DNA of 64,000 nt from Promethearchaeota archaeon (lineage in GTDB: Archaea > Asgardarchaeota > Lokiarchaeia > Sigyniarchaeales > SOKP01), in the NCBI GenBank assembly GCA_019058445.1, contig JAHPZA010000006.1, positions 672,001-736,000 on the forward strand, given 5' to 3'. Under the pieces are notes generated by a model. It ran no database searches, was not told the origin of the DNA, and saw only the letters and a program-made list of their open reading frames with translations. Below, one piece after another: positions 53,384 through 61,773 of the stretch. Every line of letters begins with the position of its first letter. The stretch's first letter is position 1. Made by a program: the position numbers and the translations under genes.

Positions 53384-54592
53384 TTAAATTTTCTTATTTT
53401 TTTCTTTTTCTACCTTTTTCCATGTCTCAAATTGTTTATCTAACTCATTTATGAATTCATCGATAGTATTTGCATTAACAATAATCTCATCACTTTCGAT
53501 TTTGAAGCTAAACTTATCTGCCCACTCAAATAGACTCCTCTTAAAGGTATCTTCATCCATATTTAGAACATTTCTCATCATATCAAATTTAATACGGTTA
53601 GAGACTCTTAGCATCCTATCAAATACTTCTATTGGTTCTCTTATTTTTTTCTCTAATTGAACTTTTTGATCAGGTATCTTAACTTTCCTTTTACCTTTAT
53701 ACACTTTAAAATATGCAAAACCTCCTACAATACTTCCAACGGCAACAATTGAGATAATTATGATAATAATAATTACAATTTCTTCGAGGTTCGAGTCAAC
53801 AGGTTCTTCAATTTCTGATATAATGATGTTATATTCACCATAGCCTTCTTTCGCATAAACCTCAACATATATATTTCTTTCTTTTTCTAATTCAAGTTCA
53901 ACTTCTTCCTTCCCAGATGTTCCAGTTGTACTGTCTTCTGTTTCTTCAATATCTTTAAAAAACACATCGTATGAAACATATAAAACTAAATCTAATCCAA
54001 TATTATCAGTTTCGACAGAAATAGAGATATTCCCTTCTGGTGCAGTAGTATAGTACCGATCAATAAAATAATTGACTATACCTACAGATTCTTTTTCGTC
54101 ATCTAACTCCAGGAATTTATATCTTATGTTGATATTATTAAAAACAATTATATCAAAAAATCCACTTCCGCTAGGACAACTCACTTCAATGAAAATTGTA
54201 TAAGATTGATTTAAGTTGAATGAACATCTTTCTTCTCCACCAGTTTCATATTCATCAATAGATTTTATAATATTAGAAAATTGGTCGTCAAAAGCAATTT
54301 CAAACTTGATATCCACTCCATAAGGCTCGATCCATATGTAATATAGTCCATTATTTAAACTAATGTTAAAGTCTTTTGGATTTCCAACATCGATAGTTTG
54401 CATTGACAATTCTTTATTTAATGTTAAATTTTTAGATGCTGAACTCTTTAAATCTATTGATCTTTTCTGAAAAATATGAATTTTATTCGATTCTTCTATA
54501 TTTGAATTCTGAGCTATTAAGATAAATCCAAAAGCATTTGATAAGATGATTAAAATAAAAAGAAATCTAAATTCAAATAACTTAGGTTTCAT
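53384..54592 (-). CDS. Single-pass receptor-like protein with cytoplasmic winged-helix-like domain (paralogue 3)
   Basis: N-terminal hydrophobic signal, two PPC-like beta repeats (GGEE...IFIEV / GKEE...IYVEV), poly-Ile TM, EWADKFSFKIESD. Confidence 0.75.
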   Translation of the reverse strand: MKPKLFEFRFLFILIILSNAFGFILIAQNSNIEESNKIHIFQKRSIDLKSSASKNLTLNKELSMQTIDVGNPKDFNISLNNGLYYIWIEPYGVDIKFEIAFDDQFSNIIKSIDEYETGGEERCSFNLNQSYTIFIEVSCPSGSGFFDIIVFNNINIRYKFLELDDEKESVGIVNYFIDRYYTTAPEGNISISVETDNIGLDLVLYVSYDVFFKDIEETEDSTTGTSGKEEVELELEKERNIYVEVYAKEGYGEYNIIISEIEEPVDSNLEEIVIIIIIIISIVAVGSIVGGFAYFKVYKGKRKVKIPDQKVQLEKKIREPIEVFDRMLRVSNRIKFDMMRNVLNMDEDTFKRSLFEWADKFSFKIESDEIIVNANTIDEFINELDKQFETWKKVEKEKNKKI

Positions 54593-54955
54593 TTTTTTGA
54601 ATCTTAATTATTTGTTAATATTAATTTAAAAAAGATATATTAAAATATTATTTTAAAAATTTAAGAGTTTTAAATTTCTTATTACTAAAAATGTAATATT
54701 TATAAATTTATACTATCAAAAAAATATTTTAAAATTAATTCGAAGACATATGTTAATCTTATTATTTTGTGAAGTGAAAGATAATCAAGGCTTATTTATA
54801 GAATATAAATATGTTTAAATATTATTATAATAACAAAATTCTAATTATATAAAGGAAATATTTTTCCATATGGAAACATTTATATATTTATAAGAAATTA
54901 TATTTTGTAATTTCCTTTATTTTAAAATAATTCAAAATAATGTTAGGCAAAAAAA

Positions 54956-55480
54956 ATGGGATTTAAAATGTTTGAAAGTTTCCAAAAAAGAACAATAGTA
55001 CTTTTTATATTATGTCTAATTATACTAATCTTAAATTCAATTTTCTTGACTCTTGGAATTTTTTTCTATCATAGTATTTTTTTGGATGCTCTGATTTATA
55101 TTGTTGGATTTATAATTACGATTATTGGGATTTATAACAAACATAAGTATGGTTTTATATTAGCGATTATTTTTTCAGCAATTGGATTGATAATTAGCTT
55201 ATTAGTAAGCTTCATAATGTTTACTATTTTAGAATTAATCGATCTGACAATTTTTCTAATTACTTTAATTATATCAATTATGGAAATTGTAGATTATGAA
55301 AAAAATTATCAGACTAATATAGATCAAAAAGCTACTAAAAAAATAACTCAGAAACAATATTATTCACCACCAATATATCAACAATCTATTCAAGATGAAA
55401 AACCCAAATTTTGTCCTAATTGTGGTGAAGCTGCCGATGGGCAATATTGTCGGGTATGTGGTGAGAAAATTGACACATAA
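54956..55480 (+). CDS. Membrane protein with C-terminal Zn ribbon
   Basis: 4 TM; KFCPNCGE...YCRVCGEKI. Confidence 0.8.
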   Translation: MGFKMFESFQKRTIVLFILCLIILILNSIFLTLGIFFYHSIFLDALIYIVGFIITIIGIYNKHKYGFILAIIFSAIGLIISLLVSFIMFTILELIDLTIFLITLIISIMEIVDYEKNYQTNIDQKATKKITQKQYYSPPIYQQSIQDEKPKFCPNCGEAADGQYCRVCGEKIDT

Positions 55481-55529
55481 TTTTTATTTTAATTATAATA
55501 TTCTAAATTAAAACAACTAGGGTTTAAAA

Positions 55530-56018
55530 ATGGATAAAAGTTATAAAAATAGAACAATAATACTTCTAATATTATGTATTTTTTCAATAGTACTATTTGC
55601 AGCTCTTATTGGTATTTATATTGTATTGTATCAGACTATTAACATACTTTCTCTGATATTTATCGTTGGATATATTGTTGCAGTAATTGGTGTTTTTACC
55701 AAACAAAAATATGGTTTTATTTCAGCTCTAATTACTTCAGCATTAGCATCATTAATATTCATAATAGGATTATCACTTCTTGGAGTGATTATTTTTGGAA
55801 GTATTTTAGTTTTGGCAATTTTAGAATATAGAGATTATGAAAAAAATTATCAGATGGAAACAAATCAAAAACCTACTTCCATAGCAACTCAGCAACAATC
55901 TTATCCACCACCTGTATATCAACAATCCATTCAAAATGAAAAACCTAAATTTTGTCCAAATTGTGGTGAAGCTGCTGATGGTCAATATTGTCGGGCATGT
56001 GGAAAGAAATTAGAATAG
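55530..56018 (+). CDS. Tandem paralogue of the preceding membrane Zn-ribbon protein
   Basis: Near-identical tail PPVYQQSIQNEKPKFCPNCGEAADGQYCRACG. Confidence 0.8.
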   Translation: MDKSYKNRTIILLILCIFSIVLFAALIGIYIVLYQTINILSLIFIVGYIVAVIGVFTKQKYGFISALITSALASLIFIIGLSLLGVIIFGSILVLAILEYRDYEKNYQMETNQKPTSIATQQQSYPPPVYQQSIQNEKPKFCPNCGEAADGQYCRACGKKLE

Positions 56019-56079
56019 TCTCATAGTATTAATTATATATTATTGAATAATTTAATCTACTTTAAATTAATTCAAAATA

Positions 56080-57465
56080 ATGCCAGGTAAAAAAAAACCT
56101 ACTCGAGATATACCTATAAGTTTGCAGGGAATTGAGACCATATTACAATTTTTAAACGAGAATTATAAAGAAGAATCAAGTATCAGAAGCATTAGTGAAC
56201 AAGTAGGTCTTTCTATGAGAGTCGTAAAAAATATTCTACTACAATTAGAGAGATTCAATCAAGTTGAAAGAGTAGTTGAAAAAAATAAGATTTTACCGAA
56301 GTGGAAAATAACGAAATTCGGTAGAAGAGTGATAAAACAAGCGAGAGACATGGGAAAATCTATTAAATTTCCAAGTATAGAAGATGAGTTAATATATAAC
56401 ATTACAATTCCCGAGGATTTAGAAAGTATTAAAGATGCAAACAAAAAAAAACACGAATCACTTATCAACGAATTAGACATAGTGCAAGTTGAAATCAGTA
56501 GATTACTTGGCTCAGTTTTAAACTTGGATAATCCAATTTTTGAAGATTTGATGAGTTTCATGTTAAAACGGATGAAATTCCTTAAAACTAAGGTATCGAA
56601 TTTATCTATAGATCCTACTGCAGTTCAAAAGATTAAAAAAGTTAGTGAAAAACAAAAAAAAATCTCTAAACAGGAGGAGAAGTATATTTTACTAGAAATA
56701 TATTTTTTAACCTCCATAATTTCAAATGAACTTAAGAGAATTTCGGATTTTAATACAAATATCTCTTATCTCATTGAAAATGAGATGTTTTCAAAAGCAT
56801 ACACATTAGCCAAAGATTTACGGGAAGAAATTCGAACACTCACAAGTTTAATCAACCAGAGAGAATCGATTCGGGTAAATTCTCATATTCTTCCTGAGGA
56901 TAGTTTAAAAATTCTGTCAAGGGGGAAAGTTGATTCAAAATTATTGGATAATATCATTCAAATTCCCTTACATGATGACTTAAAGCAAGAAAATATTAAA
57001 GACATCGTCCTTAAATTCCTGGCAATGCTAAAAAAAGGAGAAAAACAGCTTAATGACCATAACTACGAAATTTCTGAGAATATTCCACTTTTCGCATTGT
57101 ATCAACTAATACTGGATGAAAAACCTCACTTAATATTTTCAATTGAAGAATTGGAGCAGATCATAAATTCACTTGCCACTGAGGGTTATATTCCTGGAAT
57201 AAGAATGATTCAAGAAGATCATGATCATTTTCTTAAAATCGTACAATTCAAAGCACATGATATTTCAGAAGATGAGAGAAAAATTATATCCATAGCTATT
57301 AAATCTCAAAAATTCTCTTTAGCTGACATGATTGACGAAACTGGATGGACAAAAAGTAAGGTTCTTAGACTTTTGGAGAAACTTACCTCTCAAGGAATTT
57401 TAAAATACTCAAAATCATTTTTACATGGCGAAAATTGGTATATTATTTCCGAAAAGAATATATAA
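56080..57465 (+). CDS. N-terminal wHTH plus C-terminal ESCRT-II (Vps22/Vps36, EAP30-like) tandem winged helix
   Basis: IPLFALYQLI...SIEELEQIINSL...IVQFKAHDISEDERKIISIA...SLADMIDETGWTKSKVLRLLEKLTSQGI...GENWY parallels the Vps22 C-terminus. Confidence 0.7.
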   Translation: MPGKKKPTRDIPISLQGIETILQFLNENYKEESSIRSISEQVGLSMRVVKNILLQLERFNQVERVVEKNKILPKWKITKFGRRVIKQARDMGKSIKFPSIEDELIYNITIPEDLESIKDANKKKHESLINELDIVQVEISRLLGSVLNLDNPIFEDLMSFMLKRMKFLKTKVSNLSIDPTAVQKIKKVSEKQKKISKQEEKYILLEIYFLTSIISNELKRISDFNTNISYLIENEMFSKAYTLAKDLREEIRTLTSLINQRESIRVNSHILPEDSLKILSRGKVDSKLLDNIIQIPLHDDLKQENIKDIVLKFLAMLKKGEKQLNDHNYEISENIPLFALYQLILDEKPHLIFSIEELEQIINSLATEGYIPGIRMIQEDHDHFLKIVQFKAHDISEDERKIISIAIKSQKFSLADMIDETGWTKSKVLRLLEKLTSQGILKYSKSFLHGENWYIISEKNI

Positions 57466-57525
57466 ATCAATATTAAAGCATAATTTGAAAAAAAAGTATA
57501 TAAAACTGAAAATAGGGTTAATATA

Positions 57526-58371
57526 ATGTATAAAGAAATCAAAAATAAAAGATTTGAAGATCAGGATCCAAAAATTATTGCTTGGCATAGAGAAGACAGA
57601 GGAAATTTAAATACTCCTTTAATGTTTTCATTTCCTCAATCAGGAGATAATATTAAGCACAAGAAATTTTTTGCAGTTAAAGACTATGAAAAAGTGCTTT
57701 TCTATAATAAAGGAGAGCTCATAGGAGTACTTGGAGGTGGTATTTATGAGCTTGATAAGAAAGCGCGAATTAAAGGAACGGAAATTGTCTGGATTGATAC
57801 ATCTTTTATTGAAATACCCTGGGGTATTGCTCAATCAAACGGCATTCCCTCTAAGGATGGTTATATTGTTGGATTGCATGGAGACTTGAAATTAAAAATA
57901 AATGATGTGAAAGTATTTTACAACGATGTAGTAGCAGGTGTTAAATCATGGACTTCCCAAGATCTTAGAGAATGGATAAAAAGCCTGTTACACACTTCAT
58001 TAAGGGATATATTTAAGAATTATAATGCGAAGAATATAATTTTAGAAGATCGTGAGCGTGTCATTAATTTAGTAACTTCTAAAATCACAGAGGAATTTTT
58101 GAGGTATGGACTTGAACTTGACTCGTTAAATATCATTGGTATAAAAACTTCTGACAATGCGGAAAAACTTTTTAAACAGGAAAAACAAAGTAGGGAACAT
58201 TCTCTTACACAACAACAGAATATCCAAAAGCATATTGACGAATTAAAAAATAAATTGAAAGAACTGCAAGATCTTTTACTTAATGATGAAATTTCTCAAG
58301 ATGATTATGAAAAAAAGAAGAAACAAATCCAAATATTTATCAAAGAAGCCCAGGAAGAATTGAAAAACTAA
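57526..58371 (+). CDS. SPFH/band-7 (YdjI-like) protein with C-terminal SHOCT-like motif
   Basis: VKDYEKVLFYNKGELIGVLGGGIYEL, EIPWG, GLHGDLKLKIND, YGLELDSLNI; LKELQDLLLNDEISQDDYEKKKKQI. Confidence 0.8.
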   Translation: MYKEIKNKRFEDQDPKIIAWHREDRGNLNTPLMFSFPQSGDNIKHKKFFAVKDYEKVLFYNKGELIGVLGGGIYELDKKARIKGTEIVWIDTSFIEIPWGIAQSNGIPSKDGYIVGLHGDLKLKINDVKVFYNDVVAGVKSWTSQDLREWIKSLLHTSLRDIFKNYNAKNIILEDRERVINLVTSKITEEFLRYGLELDSLNIIGIKTSDNAEKLFKQEKQSREHSLTQQQNIQKHIDELKNKLKELQDLLLNDEISQDDYEKKKKQIQIFIKEAQEELKN

Positions 58372-58373
58372 AT

Positions 58374-59456
58374 ATGATAAGTTATAAATTAATACCGCAG
58401 TTACGTGAATATTGCATCGTTCAAGGGAGGGAGGAGTGGCTATCTGAATTTACAATAGGGGATGTTATTTTCTTAATTTCAAGCATACCCTCAAAAAAGC
58501 ATTCAATAATTTCCAAAATTGAAGCTGTCGAATTTAGCCAGGATCCTAAAATATATATAGATCAGAGGAATCTAGGGATTCTTGGAGAAGGGGATGAAGT
58601 CTTTATTTTAAAATACAATCCTGCAATAGCCTTAGAAGTCAATATAAATGTTTCAAAAGATTATCGAATAATTACTAAAGGAGAATGGACGTCAAATATA
58701 AAACCATCATTATTGAATAAACTCATAGATTACGGACAAGAAGTGTCTTTTTTGATTCCTTGGGAAGGAGGGGCTCCAATAGTGGGCACGGGAATAATAA
58801 ATTCAACTTTACCTAATCCTCCAGTTATAATTGGAGATAAAACTCAGATTTATCTAGAAAAAAGCTCTAATGAAGAACTCTCTGAAATCAAAAGGGAAAA
58901 AATGTTAACTCAAGAAGACCGGGTTGACATATTAGAAGCACAAATAAAACATAAAACGCTTAAATTAATGAGAGAAATAAAACAGAAAAACTATCCAAAT
59001 AAAGGGCAAAAATATATATTTAAAGCAACCAATCCCAAGCAACTATTTAAATCCATCCTCAATGTATTTAAAGGATTTGATTCACTCGAAGAACCTGTAG
59101 AACAAACATTTGATGAAAGGGAACAAGATTATCTTGCATCAGCAGTATTCCTTATTAGTCATGCTACGACTGCGATTCAATTAATCGACATTCAAATTAT
59201 GGCTTCCGGGCAATCAGGAACACTAATAATATGGGTTACAGGAGAAAATGAATTAATTATCTCTGAGATATTAGATAAATATGATACAATCATTTCTCAA
59301 TTAAAACAAGGTCTGGAACAAAAAGTGGAAGTTGTCAGCGCTCAATGCCCAGAATGTGGAGCGAATCTTCCAATAAATAATGTGGATATAAATGGAATAG
59401 TTGAGTGTATTTATTGTAGTAGGATTTCAAAAATTCCTAAGGCATTGAGATATTAA
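58374..59456 (+). CDS. CDC48/p97 N-domain-like, alpha/beta domain and Zn ribbon protein (no AAA module)
   Basis: IDQRNLGILGEGDEV...ALEVNI...LIDYGQEV...STLPNPPVIIGDKTQI; CPECGANLP...ECIYC. Confidence 0.65.
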   Translation: MISYKLIPQLREYCIVQGREEWLSEFTIGDVIFLISSIPSKKHSIISKIEAVEFSQDPKIYIDQRNLGILGEGDEVFILKYNPAIALEVNINVSKDYRIITKGEWTSNIKPSLLNKLIDYGQEVSFLIPWEGGAPIVGTGIINSTLPNPPVIIGDKTQIYLEKSSNEELSEIKREKMLTQEDRVDILEAQIKHKTLKLMREIKQKNYPNKGQKYIFKATNPKQLFKSILNVFKGFDSLEEPVEQTFDEREQDYLASAVFLISHATTAIQLIDIQIMASGQSGTLIIWVTGENELIISEILDKYDTIISQLKQGLEQKVEVVSAQCPECGANLPINNVDINGIVECIYCSRISKIPKALRY

Positions 59457-59630
59457 ATTTTAATTACCTAATAAAATTAGATAGAAATGAATAATAGTAG
59501 AAAATTTAGAGTAAAAACGAAGATTTTAGCGATTGGTGATATTAGTAAATATAAAATTACATTATTCCTCGAAAACATGGGTGATTAGCCGCTTAAGAAA
59601 CTACTATGATAAATTAAATTTTGGGAAAAT

Positions 59631-60458
59631 ATGACTCAAAATAGATATACAAGACTTAAGGCAATTGAGGAGTTCGGTTATGATATCAATTGGGATGATC
59701 TTAAAAAATTTCATGTTGGAATAGTCGGTGTTGGAGGGCTTGGTTGTGTTTCTGCTGAAATGGTTGTTAGATGCGGTATAGGAAAATTAACTCTTTTTGA
59801 CTTTGATACTGTTGAGGCAGTAAATTTGAACCGGCATATGTTTAAAGACGAACATATAGGGCAACTAAAAGTCTTGGTTGCAGCAAATATACTAAAAGAG
59901 ATAAATCCCGAGGTTAAAATAAAATATTTTAACAGGGATATAATGGATCTGAATTTTGAATCTGAATTTGAAAATGAAATAAAACAGATGGACGTTATTT
60001 TAAATGGATTGGATAACATACCAGCCAGAGAATATCTTAATGCTAAATGCATCTTGTTAAACATTCCATATATTGATGCTGGCGCTTCAAGAAGCGGATT
60101 ATCTGGATATGTTCATCCTATAATCCCATATAAAACAGCTTGTGCCAAGTGTTTAAGTAGCATAGCAATAGATATTCCCGATGAGAGAGGTGAGCCTTGT
60201 GTAGCCTCTTTACCCTCAACTATGGCAATTTTAGCGAGTATCCAAATCCAAGAAATGTTAAAATATCTTCTAAAATTTGGTCGATTGATAGATTATTTAA
60301 TGTATAATATGATAACAGGTAAATTCTTAGAATATGTAACCAAAAGAGACGGAAACTGTCCGATTTGTGGTCAAAAATCTGACATAAAAAACAAATTAGT
60401 AAAACCTAAAATCTCTCAAGGAGATTTAAATGATTTAATAGATAAAATTAAAGAATAA
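59631..60458 (+). CDS. UBA5-like E1 activating enzyme
   Basis: NRYTRLKAI, VGVGGLGCVSAEMVVRCGIGKL.LFD.D.VE..NLNR, TACAKC, catalytic EPC190VASLPSTM, LKYLLKFG, CPIC. Confidence 0.9.
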   Translation: MTQNRYTRLKAIEEFGYDINWDDLKKFHVGIVGVGGLGCVSAEMVVRCGIGKLTLFDFDTVEAVNLNRHMFKDEHIGQLKVLVAANILKEINPEVKIKYFNRDIMDLNFESEFENEIKQMDVILNGLDNIPAREYLNAKCILLNIPYIDAGASRSGLSGYVHPIIPYKTACAKCLSSIAIDIPDERGEPCVASLPSTMAILASIQIQEMLKYLLKFGRLIDYLMYNMITGKFLEYVTKRDGNCPICGQKSDIKNKLVKPKISQGDLNDLIDKIKE

Positions 60459-60461
60459 CAG

Positions 60462-61679
60462 GTGAAATCAATCAGACTATTTCGTATCCCAGAATTATTC
60501 ATTAATGCCATTAAAAACCAAGCATTATCAAGTAAACAAGAGATATATGGCTGGTTATTGGGATACCAAAGAGAAGATATCCCTAATGTGTTAGCCATTA
60601 TAGAATGCACTCGATTTGAACAACAATCTGTCATAAGTGCAGTTCCAGATGTTAAAGAGTTCCATGAACTTAGTTCAGTTATGCCCCAGGGCATAGGTAC
60701 TATAGGTATTTATCACTCTCATCCATTCTCTAGTGAAGTTTTTCACAGTCATACTGATGACACAACTCTCATTAGCTTAAGTAATCAATTTCCTAACTGT
60801 GTGTCCTTAGTTACAAATGGAAAACAAATCAACTTTTATCAGATGGGAAAAAATAGCAAAATAAAGGAGATTAAGGCAAAAATAATTACTTCTGAAATTC
60901 CAAAATTCTTATTAGTTAACTTGAATGAGCATTTTGTAATCAAGATAAATAAGAATATCTTACAGGATATAAATAATGATAAGAACTTGAAAGTTAGAAT
61001 TGTTAATGCAATGAGTAACTATTTAAAAAATATTTGGGATGAATTGAAATTATTTTTAAGGAATTCCAGAATATTTGAAAATACTACTATAAAAAAATAT
61101 TTAGTAGATCAATTAACAAAACAGCCGCTTCAACTTAAGATCCCCTCACATCCGCAAAATAAAAAACTAAATCAACTCATAATAAGCAATAATGAAAAAC
61201 TAATTTCTAAAGCAGATCTTATAAATGATGATTATGTACCTTTTACCTTAGATTTGAGTTTAAAAATTCCAATTTACCAAAGCAATGAAAATAATACTTT
61301 TGGAGACTTAAGTCACATCATCAAATCTGAAATTATTAGTAATAACTTACTTCAAAAAGTATACCATTCAGTTATCGATTTTAAAACTCGAAAGATAATT
61401 CCTCCAAAAGAATATCATCTAAATTTTTTTGGATTTTATATAAAAATTCTTTGTTTTAACGATCAAGAATTAAATGAATTACAATTTTCGCAGAAATATT
61501 TTGAGTTTCTTAAGAAGATCTTAGCTATGTTTTATTCTTTTGAAAAAATTGATTTGTCTAAGAAAATAAAAAGCCATATTATGGCATTCCTTCACGACGT
61601 AAAGAAAGTCTCTCAAAATTTCTTATGGCATAATGAAATAATAAATATTATCAAAAATCTTGAAAAAATAATATCTTAA
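60462..61679 (+). CDS. JAB/MPN+ (JAMM) metalloprotease with long C-terminal extension
   Basis: EIYGWLLG; GIYHSHPFSSEVFHSHTDD. Confidence 0.88.
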   Translation: MKSIRLFRIPELFINAIKNQALSSKQEIYGWLLGYQREDIPNVLAIIECTRFEQQSVISAVPDVKEFHELSSVMPQGIGTIGIYHSHPFSSEVFHSHTDDTTLISLSNQFPNCVSLVTNGKQINFYQMGKNSKIKEIKAKIITSEIPKFLLVNLNEHFVIKINKNILQDINNDKNLKVRIVNAMSNYLKNIWDELKLFLRNSRIFENTTIKKYLVDQLTKQPLQLKIPSHPQNKKLNQLIISNNEKLISKADLINDDYVPFTLDLSLKIPIYQSNENNTFGDLSHIIKSEIISNNLLQKVYHSVIDFKTRKIIPPKEYHLNFFGFYIKILCFNDQELNELQFSQKYFEFLKKILAMFYSFEKIDLSKKIKSHIMAFLHDVKKVSQNFLWHNEIINIIKNLEKIIS

Positions 61680-61773
61680 AGAAAAAAATAGAAGCATAAA
61701 ATTACAAAAATTAAAATATATTAAAGTAAATTATATACAAATAAAGAGAAAAACCCGAGGGTAAGGATTTAGA

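Noticed and set aside
59487-59588. 33-aa ORF between the CDC48N and E1 genes
   Set aside because: No SD and no convincing motif; may be chance
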